Source: Candidatus Latescibacterota bacterium
Lineage (GTDB): Bacteria > Latescibacterota > UBA2968
Reading direction: 5' to 3'
NCBI GenBank assembly: GCA_965205975.1
Contig: OZ242195.1
Span: 64,001 to 128,000, forward strand
Length of the DNA: 64,000 bases
Part shown: positions 11,009 to 19,970 of the stretch, piece by piece
Position numbering within the stretch: the stretch's first letter is position 1
Layout of the letters: the number at the start of each line of letters is the position of its first letter
Notes under the pieces: generated by a model
Databases searched by the model: none
What the model was told of the DNA's origin: nothing
The model's input: the letters and a program-made list of their open reading frames with translations, nothing else
Program-made: the position numbers and the translations under genes

Positions 11009-12061
11009 ATGGCAACTCAAACAGAACGATCTTACGCGCTTAAAGCGGTGCCGGGATTTTATTCGACGTATTCGGGTATTCAGATTGCGGCGCAGACGTC
11101 GGATAATGCGAGCGATGAAGATTTGCAATTTATGCAGCAACTCGGCGTGGAATGGATGATGGTCGGCGTTGACGACCAGGAGAACCAGAATGCCGATTAT
11201 TACAGGGCATTGAAAGACAGGTTTGCAAAATACGGTTTGCAGATTTACCGCATTGCCAATCGCAGTGTACACAATATGCCCGAAGTGACCCTGAATTTGC
11301 CTGGGCGCGATGAGAAGGTCGAGGAATTTATCACTTTTATTCGCAATCTGGGAGAGGCGGGTATTCCGTACAATACGTATGCACACATGGGCAATGGGAT
11401 TTGGAGTTCGGGACGCATAACGCGGCGTGGGGGCATGGATGCGCGGACGCTCGATATCGAGAATGCCACTGGGCATTGGGACGGTCAAATTTTTGAAGGC
11501 GAATTGACACATGGACGAGTATATAGCGAGGATGAGCTTTGGGAAAATTACGAGTATATGATCCGTAAGGTCGCGCCTGTTGCCGAAGAATCAGGTGTTT
11601 ATATCGGTATTCATCCCGATGATCCTCCCGTGTATCCTCTGGGCGGGATTCCGCGCTGTATGTTTGGCAATTTTAAGGGGTACAAGCAGGCGATGGATAT
11701 TGCGGATAGTCCAAATATCGGGGTTTGTTTGTGCGTGGGGTGCTGGCTCGAAGGGGGTAAAGAAGGCATGGGCGTGGATGTGATTGAGGCGATTCACTAT
11801 TTTGCCAGCCGCAAGAAGCTGTTTAAGGTTCATTTTCGCAATGTTTCAAATCCGATGCCAGAGCCGTGGGCAGAGACTTTGATGGACGATGGGTACCAGG
11901 ATATGCATGCGGTGATGAAAGCACTGCGAGAGGTGGAATTTGATGGGGCGATTATCCCCGATCATATTCCGCAGATTCTGGGAGGTCATCGCGCGGGGGT
12001 GGCGTATTCGATTGCCTATATGCGCGCGCTGGTTCAGGCTGTGAATAGTGAAGTGGGTTAG
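11009..12061 (+). CDS. Mannonate dehydratase (UxuA)-like protein
   Basis: LWENYEY, APVAEESGV, HPDDPP, VHFRNV, IPDHIP; start placed after AAGGA RBS. Confidence 0.85.
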   Translation: MATQTERSYALKAVPGFYSTYSGIQIAAQTSDNASDEDLQFMQQLGVEWMMVGVDDQENQNADYYRALKDRFAKYGLQIYRIANRSVHNMPEVTLNLPGRDEKVEEFITFIRNLGEAGIPYNTYAHMGNGIWSSGRITRRGGMDARTLDIENATGHWDGQIFEGELTHGRVYSEDELWENYEYMIRKVAPVAEESGVYIGIHPDDPPVYPLGGIPRCMFGNFKGYKQAMDIADSPNIGVCLCVGCWLEGGKEGMGVDVIEAIHYFASRKKLFKVHFRNVSNPMPEPWAETLMDDGYQDMHAVMKALREVEFDGAIIPDHIPQILGGHRAGVAYSIAYMRALVQAVNSEVG

Positions 12062-12064
12062 GGG

Positions 12065-13525
12065 TTACGGTCCACGTTTGTCTGTCGCGATGATTGTACC
12101 GGCGGGCAATAAGGCGTCAAGTCGGTTTGGCAGGTTGTCGCCGATGCTGTGCAGCCATGTCATGAGTTGGTCGCGCAGGTCGTTTTCCTCGGTTGATATG
12201 TGGGGTTGTCCACTCAGGTTTTTCATTTCGTGTGGATCGGTTTGCAGGTCGTAAAATTCGTCGATGTCTTGCGGATTCCACACGTATTTGTATCGTTCGT
12301 TTCGAATGGCGCGCACTTCAAAGCTGTAACCGTTGTAGCGGTAATAGGTGCCATAGGCGATTTGCGGCCAGTCTGGAGGACGACTTTGCGTACCGACAAG
12401 AGGGAGAAGGTTGCGCCCTTCGCGCGGTTGGTCGGCGGATGATTCGGCGCGGATGAGAGAGAAGAGGGTTTCGCCGATGTCGAGCAATGAGACATAAGCA
12501 TCCTGGGTTGCAGGTGGTGTGTCGGGCGCGCGAATGATGAGTGGGATGCGCCAGACTTCTTCGTAAAAATAAGCCCCTTTGTCAAATCGGTTGTGCGCGC
12601 CTTCCATGTCGCCGTGATCAGATGTGAAAACAACGGTTGTTGTATCGGCGAGATTGAGTCGGTCTAAGGTGTCGAGAATGCGTCCGATGGCTTCATCGAC
12701 CATTGTGATGTGTGCGTGGGAATAGGCGATAACGGTTTTCCATTCTTCTTCGTCAAGCGGGGAGGTGTCCATGCATCCCCACCAGGGTGTCGAATGGAAA
12801 TAGGGGCGTCCCTCGCAGTTGTCGCTCAGGTTTGTGGGTAGTTCGACGCGCGTGCGGAGTTCTTGAGCGAGTTTGACGTATTCTTCGGGCAGGTGATGTG
12901 GAAAGTGTGGCGGTGCGGAAGATACGGTGAGGAAGAAGGGTTTGTTTTGGCGGCTCTTAGCCCATGTTTCGAGAAATTTTACGCCTTTGTTTATGGTGGG
13001 AAAGGGCTGGATATTTTCTTTTGGTTGCGGTGAATCCCCCCAAAATGGCGCGCGCCCTTTGATGAGGTTTTTGGTTTGATTGGCGTAGCTGGCAACGGTC
13101 TTTTCATAGGTGTGATCATTGGTTTGTGGGTGGTATGGCTTTGAGTGTATTTCGACGTTGGGATCGAAGCCGTGTGCGCCGCGTTTTTCAGGGTTGATAT
13201 GCCCGAGGTGCCACTTTCCGTAGTAACCGACGTGATAGCCGAGGCGCACGGCTTCGTCAATCCAGGTTTTTTGATGGAGTGGCATGGATTCCTGGAGGGA
13301 ATAGCCGACGGATTGGTTGTCGTAAACGCCATTTTGATGCGGCCAGCGAGCCGTGAGCAGTGTGCCCCGGGCGGGTGTGCAGAGAGGGCAAGATGTGAAA
13401 GCATTTGTGAATACCGTGCCTTCAGATGACAGGCGGTCAATATTCGGCGTGGGAATGTCTGCACCGAGAAAGCCAAATGCCCATGCAGGCCATTGGTCAG
13501 TGAGGATAAATAAGACGTTTTGCAT
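12065..13525 (-). CDS. Cys-type sulfatase
   Basis: NVLFILTDQ, CTPARG (CxPxR), GKWHLG, SDHGDM, YDLQTDPHE. Confidence 0.93.
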   Translation of the reverse strand: MQNVLFILTDQWPAWAFGFLGADIPTPNIDRLSSEGTVFTNAFTSCPLCTPARGTLLTARWPHQNGVYDNQSVGYSLQESMPLHQKTWIDEAVRLGYHVGYYGKWHLGHINPEKRGAHGFDPNVEIHSKPYHPQTNDHTYEKTVASYANQTKNLIKGRAPFWGDSPQPKENIQPFPTINKGVKFLETWAKSRQNKPFFLTVSSAPPHFPHHLPEEYVKLAQELRTRVELPTNLSDNCEGRPYFHSTPWWGCMDTSPLDEEEWKTVIAYSHAHITMVDEAIGRILDTLDRLNLADTTTVVFTSDHGDMEGAHNRFDKGAYFYEEVWRIPLIIRAPDTPPATQDAYVSLLDIGETLFSLIRAESSADQPREGRNLLPLVGTQSRPPDWPQIAYGTYYRYNGYSFEVRAIRNERYKYVWNPQDIDEFYDLQTDPHEMKNLSGQPHISTEENDLRDQLMTWLHSIGDNLPNRLDALLPAGTIIATDKRGP

Positions 13526-13541
13526 GATCAGAAGCCTTTCT

Positions 13542-13625
13542 TCTGCGTAAAACGCTCAAATTACTCGCGTTTTTTCTGCGTTTATCTGCGAAAAACGCTC
13601 AAGTTATTCGCGTTTTTTTCTGCGG
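13542..13625. repeat. Two ~40-bp direct repeats, each an imperfect hairpin, framed by TCTGCG units
   Basis: tctgcgtaaaacgctcaaattactcgcgttttttctgcg and tctgcgaaaaacgctcaagttattcgcgtttttttctgcg. Confidence 0.85.
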
Positions 13626-13805
13626 ATAGTGCTTTTCGATAATAAACCGATCTTTGCGGTATTTCGCAATCTCTGATTTGCCCTTGATAGATGCACATAT
13701 AGTCACTATATTATATCACCTCTTATTCTCCTCCCCTGAAGTTGTTTTTCCTTCCCCATGGCCTTTCTGTTATCATCACCTTCCAAACAAGGGTAGGAAT
13801 ATATT

Positions 13806-15686
13806 ATGGCAACGGCAATAAAATCGCGCACTTCCAACACGACGCAACTCGATTTGCTCTCGCAACCGAGGACCACTGGTAAAGCCAATGGCAAGAAAAA
13901 TGGCGCCCATAATTACGACGAGAGCAAGATCAAAACCCTTTCTTCGCTCGAGCATATTCGTTTGCGCACGGGTATGTACATTGGGCGGCTCGGCTCGGGT
14001 GCTGATCCCGATGATGGGATATACGTTTTGCTCAAAGAGGTTGTCGATAATGCCGTTGATGAATTTATTTCGGGTTTTGGCACAAAAATTGATGTGACTA
14101 TTGACGCCAATCACGTCAGTGTGCGCGACTATGGGCGCGGCGTTCCGCTCGGCAAAATTGTCGAGTGCGTTTCTGTGATCAATACCGGTGCCAAATACAA
14201 TGACGATGTTTTCCAATTTAGCGTGGGCCTCAACGGCGTGGGTAGCAAAGCGGTCAACGCGCTTTCTACGGATTTTCGCGTGGTGGCCTATCGCGATGGC
14301 AAGTACGCCGAAGCCCGCTTTACTCGTGGGAAACTCATTGGCGAAAAAAAGGGGAGGACTCGGGAACCAGATGGCTCCTTTTTTGAGTTCACGCCCGATC
14401 CAGAAATTTTTGAGGAATACGATTACAATTTCGAATACGTCGAGCGCCGCATGTGGAACTACGCCTGCCTCAATAGCGGTCTCACGCTCGTTTTTAACAA
14501 ACAGAAATTCGTCTCAAAACGCGGCTTGCTCGATTTTCTCAGCCGCGAGGTCGATGATTCGGCACTTTATGAACCCGCGTATTACAAGGGGCAATATCTC
14601 GAATTTGCATTTACCCACACGTCCAATTATGGGGAGAACTATTTTTCTTTTGTGAATGGGCAATACACTATTGACGGTGGTACGCATCAAAGTGCTTTTC
14701 GAGAGGGCATCTTAAAAGGTGTCAATGAATTTTACAAGAAGAATTACAGCGGTGTGGATGTGCGGGAATCCATCAATGGTGCTGTTGCGGTCAAGCTGAA
14801 AGAACCCGTTTTTGAATCGCAAACAAAAAACAAACTCGGCAATACCGAAGTGCGCTCGTGGATTGTTTCTGAAACGCGCAGTGCTGTGGTCGATTTTTTG
14901 CACAAGAATACCACGGCGGCGCAAAAACTCCAGGAGAAGATCAACCACAACGAACGCCTGCGGAGAGAACTCAACGATGTTAAGAAAAAGGCAAAGGAAG
15001 TCGCCCGCAAAGTCGCTATCAAAATCCCGCATTTCAAGGATTGTAAATATCACAAGGGCGACAAAAAACGCGGCGATGAATCTACTATTTTTATTACCGA
15101 AGGTCCATCTGCTGCCGGGTCTATGGTTGCCGCCCGCGATGTGGAGACTCAGGCTATTTTTGGTCTGAAGGGCGTGCCCCTCAATGTGTTTGGAAAAACA
15201 AAAGCCGCGATTTATAAGAATGAAGAGCTCTACAATCTCATGACGGCTTTGGGTATTGAAGACAGCGTTGAAAATCTCCGTTTCAACAATGTGGTCATTG
15301 CTACGGATGCCGATTACGATGGCTTCCATATCCGCAATTTGCTGATGACTTTTTTCCTCAATTACTTCGAAGAACTCGTTACTTCTGGTCATGTCTATAT
15401 TCTGGAGACGCCGATTTTTCGCGTGCGGAATAGCCGTGAGACGCGCTATTGTTATAGCGAGAAAGAACGCAATCAGGCTGTTGCAGATTTGCGAAATCCC
15501 GAGGTTACGCGCTTCAAGGGGTTGGGGGAGATTTCACCCGGTGAATTTGGACAGTTTATCGGAGAGGACATGCGCCTGATCAAAGTAGGCGTGCGCTCTC
15601 TTGCCGAGGTTTCAAATACCCTCGAATTTTACATGGGAAAGAATACGCCCGATCGCAGAGATTATATTGTTGAGCATTTGATTTAG
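13806..15686 (+). CDS. parE: DNA topoisomerase IV subunit B
   Basis: EHIRLRTGMYIG, EVVDNAVDE, GLNGVGSK, ITEG, TDADYDG, RFKGLGEI; compact Chlamydia/Bacteroidota-like type. Confidence 0.9.
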   Translation: MATAIKSRTSNTTQLDLLSQPRTTGKANGKKNGAHNYDESKIKTLSSLEHIRLRTGMYIGRLGSGADPDDGIYVLLKEVVDNAVDEFISGFGTKIDVTIDANHVSVRDYGRGVPLGKIVECVSVINTGAKYNDDVFQFSVGLNGVGSKAVNALSTDFRVVAYRDGKYAEARFTRGKLIGEKKGRTREPDGSFFEFTPDPEIFEEYDYNFEYVERRMWNYACLNSGLTLVFNKQKFVSKRGLLDFLSREVDDSALYEPAYYKGQYLEFAFTHTSNYGENYFSFVNGQYTIDGGTHQSAFREGILKGVNEFYKKNYSGVDVRESINGAVAVKLKEPVFESQTKNKLGNTEVRSWIVSETRSAVVDFLHKNTTAAQKLQEKINHNERLRRELNDVKKKAKEVARKVAIKIPHFKDCKYHKGDKKRGDESTIFITEGPSAAGSMVAARDVETQAIFGLKGVPLNVFGKTKAAIYKNEELYNLMTALGIEDSVENLRFNNVVIATDADYDGFHIRNLLMTFFLNYFEELVTSGHVYILETPIFRVRNSRETRYCYSEKERNQAVADLRNPEVTRFKGLGEISPGEFGQFIGEDMRLIKVGVRSLAEVSNTLEFYMGKNTPDRRDYIVEHLI

Positions 15687-15700
15687 AGGATTGAAAAGCA

Positions 15701-15732
15701 TCCGCAGATGAACGCAGATGGGCGCAGATGAA
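15701..15732 (+). repeat. 10-bp tandem repeat (nnCGCAGATG)x3
   Basis: tccgcagatg aacgcagatg ggcgcagatg. Confidence 0.85.
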
Positions 15733-15809
15733 TACAGTACAACTCAAAAGGAAAAACGGGTCAAGTCCAAACTATTTTCTAACCCGAATTATCGCACTCA
15801 AGGTAAAAA

Positions 15810-16727
15810 ATGACAAAAAAGATCAGAGCTACATCTCCGATATTTTTAGATGAAAAATCGGAAGAAAATGCCAATGGCATTTATATCCGAAGCCGGCGGC
15901 GGCGTATTGTATTTGGATGGTATGGTGGTAAGTTTTCGCATTTGGACTGGCTACTTCCGCTTCTTCCAGAGTGCCATCACTATTGCGAGCCGTTTGCCGG
16001 TTCAGGGGCAGTACTGCTGAATCGGGTGCCATCCCCTGTTGAGACCTACAATGATATTGATGGTGAGGTTGTAAACTTCTTTCGCGTATTGCGCGATCAA
16101 CACGAAGAACTGATAAGAGCCATAGCACTGACGCCATTTTCCCGTGAGGAGTATTATCACGCTATTCATACAACAAATGGTGTCAGCGATATTGAACGGG
16201 CCAGATGCTTTTATATCAAAGCGAGGCAGACCAGGACTGGACTTGCCCAAACAGCATCGCTGGGGCGTTGGGCGAACTGCAAAAATACGAGTCGCGCCGG
16301 AATGTCAGGCGTGGTATCTCGTTGGCTCGGCGGGGTGGGAGCTTTGGATGATATTGCACAGCGCCTTATGCGAGTTCAGATTGAGAACCGTCCTGCGGTG
16401 GATGTGATCCGTCTTTATGACAGTCCCAAAACTTTGTTTTATTGCGACCCACCGTATTTGCATGCGACTCGTGGAGATGTTAAGTCTTACGGTTTTGAGA
16501 TGGATGAAGAACAGCACCGAGAATTTGCAGAGGTTGTCAATGGGTGCAGTGGCATGGTTGCTGTTTCTGGCTATGAGCATCCACTCATGGATAAGCTGTT
16601 CGAGCCGGGAAAATGGTTTAAGACTTTGGGATCGCGCAAAACCATTCATTCGACTAAGGGTACTCGCCAGGAAGTGCTTTGGACCAATTATGATCCCAAA
16701 AAGCAGATGGGAATATTTGCAGCATGA
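15810..16727 (+). CDS. Dam-family (D12 class) N6-adenine DNA methyltransferase
   Basis: WYGGK, EPFAGSG (motif I), NDID, YCDPPY (motif IV), EVLWTNY. Confidence 0.93.
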   Translation: MTKKIRATSPIFLDEKSEENANGIYIRSRRRRIVFGWYGGKFSHLDWLLPLLPECHHYCEPFAGSGAVLLNRVPSPVETYNDIDGEVVNFFRVLRDQHEELIRAIALTPFSREEYYHAIHTTNGVSDIERARCFYIKARQTRTGLAQTASLGRWANCKNTSRAGMSGVVSRWLGGVGALDDIAQRLMRVQIENRPAVDVIRLYDSPKTLFYCDPPYLHATRGDVKSYGFEMDEEQHREFAEVVNGCSGMVAVSGYEHPLMDKLFEPGKWFKTLGSRKTIHSTKGTRQEVLWTNYDPKKQMGIFAA

Positions 16728-16822
16728 AGGCATTAGTTTTGAATGAGCCAGATTCGGCTGTAAGTCAATCGCTCAAAGAGGCGTTTTTGGCCCTGCGGCA
16801 AGTAGCTGAGAGTAGTGAGTAA
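16724..16822 (+). pseudogene. 32-codon ORF coupled to the MTase stop (ATGA); possible remnant of partner endonuclease
   Basis: MKALVLNEPDSAVSQSLKEAFLALRQVAESSE*; overlap geometry only. Confidence 0.3.
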
Positions 16823-16950
16823 ACGCTATTTGTCATCGTGTCCTACAGGTTTTCATCCTGTTTATCCTTTCATCTTGCATATCCTGATGAACTGGTCTGT
16901 AAATCGACCAATTGTACACCGCTCCTGACGATTTTTATAGAGGACAAACA

Positions 16951-18852
16951 ATGGCTTATATCGACAAGTTATTTGACCTGTATTTTTTAGAACACGCTTC
17001 TTATGTCGTGAAAGACAGGGCGATTCCCGACATTGACGATGGGTTCAAGCCCGTACAGCGCCGCATTTTACACGCGCTTAAAGAGCAGGACGATGGGAAA
17101 TTTCACAAGGTAGCCAATGTCGTGGGGCAGACGATGAAATATCACCCCCACGGCGATCAGTCGATTTACGGTGCGCTGGTTCATCTGGCGAACAAAGATC
17201 TGTTTATCGATAAACAGGGCAATTTCGGCAATATTTATACTGGCGACGAAGCCTCGGCTGCGCGCTATATCGAATGCCGATTGACCCCGCTCGCCAAAGA
17301 TGTGCTCTTTAATCCGGAAATTACCGAATACATTGAGTCCTACGATGGTCGCAATAACGAACCCGTTGTTTTTCCGGCGAAGATTCCCGTGCTTCTCGCG
17401 CAGGGTACCGAAGGGATTGCGCCGGGTATGACCACACGGGTTTTGTCCCACAATTTGATCGAATTGTTGCAGGCGCAAATTGCCTATCTCCAGGGGGAGG
17501 ATTTTCAGGTCTTTCCCGATTTCGCGACGGGCGGTTTTGTCGATGTCACCGAATATGCAGACGGCAATGGCAAAGTGCTCGTGCGTGCCAAGCTCGATAC
17601 CAAAAATTCCAAACGCATTGTCGTGCGCGAATTGCCTTTTGGCTCTACGTCTGACTCTCTCATCGCTTCGATTGAAGGTGCAGCCCGGAAAAACAAGCTC
17701 AAAATCGCGGGTATTAGCGATTATACAGGTGAGGGAGTCGAGATTGAAATTCGCCTTGCCCGGGGCGTGCATACCAAAGATACGGTGGATGCGCTTTACG
17801 CTTTTACCGACTGCGAGCAATCTATCAGTGTCAGTGCTCTCGTTATCAAGGACCATCGTCCCTATATCGCCACGGTGAGCGATATTCTCAAACACAATGC
17901 CGACCGATTGGTTGATGTTCTCACGGCAGAGCTTAAAATTGAGCAGCGCCAGGTGCGGGACAGGTTGCACGCCAGGATCCTCGAACAGATTTTTATTGAA
18001 AACCGCGTTTATAAGGCAATTGAGGAAGTCGCCGATTCCAGTGCGATTCACGAGGCGGTACGCACGGGTCTCGAGCCTTTTTTTGGTACAATCAGGCGCA
18101 AGGTCACGTCAGAAGACCTCGATACGCTTTTACAAATTCCCATTCGGCGCATTTCGCTTTACGATATCACCAGAGCAAAAAGAGAGATGCGTGAGATGCG
18201 CGCGCGGCTCAGAGAGATCAAGACCAATCTCGACAATATTACGGGCTTTACCATTGATTTTCTCGAATATCTGATTGATGAATACAAGGACCAGTATCCT
18301 CGCCGTACCGAGGTTACTTCTTTTGATCAGGTGGATGCCCGCGAGGTGGCACAGCGCAATCTCAAGTTGCGCTATGATAAGAAGACGGGTTATCTCGGTT
18401 ATGATGTCAATGGCAGTACGCTTATGGATGTGTCGCAATACGACCGTGTGCTCGTGATTCGCAAAAATGGCACTTATTCTCTGCACGAAGCACCCGACCG
18501 TCTCTTTGTGGATAAGGGTATGCTGTTTTGCGATTTTGTCGATTCCGAACGGGTGTACACGGTTATCTACCGGGACAAGAAGACCAATTATCCCTGTATC
18601 AAGCGTTGTAAGCTGGACACATTTATTCTGAATAGAGGTTATGAACTCGTGCCACCGGGATGCCGCTTGCTCAAGCTTACAACCGACCGAGATGTCGAGG
18701 TTCACGTATCGTATAAACCCAAACCTCTTCTGCGTATCCTCAATGAAGAATTTGCGATCGAAGACTATGCGATTCGCGGCAAAACTGCCAAAGGCAGGCG
18801 CCTATCAGCGCGCGAGGTTAAAAGCGCCAAATTTGTAAAGCCTAAAGTTTGA
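16951..18852 (+). CDS. parC: DNA topoisomerase IV subunit A
   Basis: DRAIPDIDDGFKPVQRRIL, YHPHGD, AARYIE catalytic Tyr; ATG at 16951 after AGGA. Confidence 0.9.
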   Translation: MAYIDKLFDLYFLEHASYVVKDRAIPDIDDGFKPVQRRILHALKEQDDGKFHKVANVVGQTMKYHPHGDQSIYGALVHLANKDLFIDKQGNFGNIYTGDEASAARYIECRLTPLAKDVLFNPEITEYIESYDGRNNEPVVFPAKIPVLLAQGTEGIAPGMTTRVLSHNLIELLQAQIAYLQGEDFQVFPDFATGGFVDVTEYADGNGKVLVRAKLDTKNSKRIVVRELPFGSTSDSLIASIEGAARKNKLKIAGISDYTGEGVEIEIRLARGVHTKDTVDALYAFTDCEQSISVSALVIKDHRPYIATVSDILKHNADRLVDVLTAELKIEQRQVRDRLHARILEQIFIENRVYKAIEEVADSSAIHEAVRTGLEPFFGTIRRKVTSEDLDTLLQIPIRRISLYDITRAKREMREMRARLREIKTNLDNITGFTIDFLEYLIDEYKDQYPRRTEVTSFDQVDAREVAQRNLKLRYDKKTGYLGYDVNGSTLMDVSQYDRVLVIRKNGTYSLHEAPDRLFVDKGMLFCDFVDSERVYTVIYRDKKTNYPCIKRCKLDTFILNRGYELVPPGCRLLKLTTDRDVEVHVSYKPKPLLRILNEEFAIEDYAIRGKTAKGRRLSAREVKSAKFVKPKV

Positions 18853-18943
18853 TATAAAACAGCATGATGGGTTGGATACAGATGGACTAAAACCTTTGTA
18901 TCAAAAGCAAACAGGTTCCTATTGATTAAAAGGATTTTGTGTT

Positions 18944-19591
18944 ATGCCGAAGTTTCTTGTCATTGGTCGGTATGTATTTTTCATCTACTCTGCTGATGAG
19001 GTGGAGCGCGCACATATTCATGTGCGAGTCAGAGCATCGGCATTTCCTACGGCGAAGTTCTGGTTGGTTCCTGTTGTCGAGTTAGCATATAACAATGGTT
19101 TTAAGCGTAAAGAAATTTCAGATATCAGGAAACTGGCTGTGAAACACGCGCAAGAATTGTTGACAAAATGGAACGCAGAGTTTAATCAGAATCAAGCAAT
19201 GGATAACGGCGAAATACGTGAGGCACTCCTTCGCGGTTATGATAAAGTGCGCTGGTTGGATGAGGCAAAGCGTTTGGAATGCCACCGTCCGTCTATTTTG
19301 GATATTCGGTTCGATGAGTCACACATGCATGTTTATCTTGATGACGGTCGGAGTATCTCTGTACCGTTACGGTGGTATCCGCGTTTGTACTTCGGCTCGC
19401 CAGAAGATCGGGCGGATTGGGAACTGTGGTGTCACGAAAGCGAAGATGTGTATGATGTGATTGCTTGGGAAACCCTAGATGAACACATACGTCTTGAAAG
19501 TTTGTTGGCAGGACGAGCGAGCCGTGAAAGTGTAACATCTATACGTCGATGGTTAAAAGGGGAAAGATTGTACGAAGTATATGATGAATAA
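18944..19591 (+). CDS. DUF4160 (HicA-like) plus DUF2442 fusion protein
   Basis: N-half FFIYS..E..HIHV...AKFWL.PVVELAYNNGF...W; C-half LDDGRSISVPLRWYPRL...W..LDEHI...LL.G; one continuous frame. Confidence 0.8.
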   Translation: MPKFLVIGRYVFFIYSADEVERAHIHVRVRASAFPTAKFWLVPVVELAYNNGFKRKEISDIRKLAVKHAQELLTKWNAEFNQNQAMDNGEIREALLRGYDKVRWLDEAKRLECHRPSILDIRFDESHMHVYLDDGRSISVPLRWYPRLYFGSPEDRADWELWCHESEDVYDVIAWETLDEHIRLESLLAGRASRESVTSIRRWLKGERLYEVYDE

Positions 19592-19608
19592 TGTACTTGC
19601 GGGAAGGG

Positions 19609-19809
19609 TTAATGAGTAAAATGAATTTGAATTTCCCTTTGAATTTCGGGATCAGCGGCCATTTCGCTTAACTGTGCATCACCTTCTGTTTTGTCAGAGA
19701 TATTTTCTCGTATGCGGTGGCTTACGCGCTCAATAAGGAGCAATTGCTCATCTAAGGATAACCGGCTGATATTGTCTTCTAATTCAGAAAGAAGAGATGG
19801 TGCAGACAT
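19609..19809 (-). CDS. Small antitoxin-like hypothetical protein (66 aa)
   Basis: AAGGAG RBS; LSLDEQLLLIERV..., MAADPEIQRE acidic helical pattern. Confidence 0.6.
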   Translation of the reverse strand: MSAPSLLSELEDNISRLSLDEQLLLIERVSHRIRENISDKTEGDAQLSEMAADPEIQREIQIHFTH

Positions 19810-19970
19810 GGTTGTTCTCCTTAAATCATCCCGCTCAAAATGGGCGCGGGTGATTTTTCTTTTGAAACCTCAAAATGTCTATTAACTTCCTGATCTACAC
19901 GGCGACATGAAGTATAGAAAGAATTTAGAAAAAAACAAGACCAGATGTCCTTTCAAACTGGAGAATCTCA

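Noticed and set aside
13542..13625. Possible mini-CRISPR
   Set aside because: Only two units separated by 4 bp, no unique spacers, no cas genes
13806..18852. Calling these gyrB/gyrA
   Set aside because: Short A subunit with no GyrA-box or full pinwheel and divergent motifs fit topoisomerase IV better
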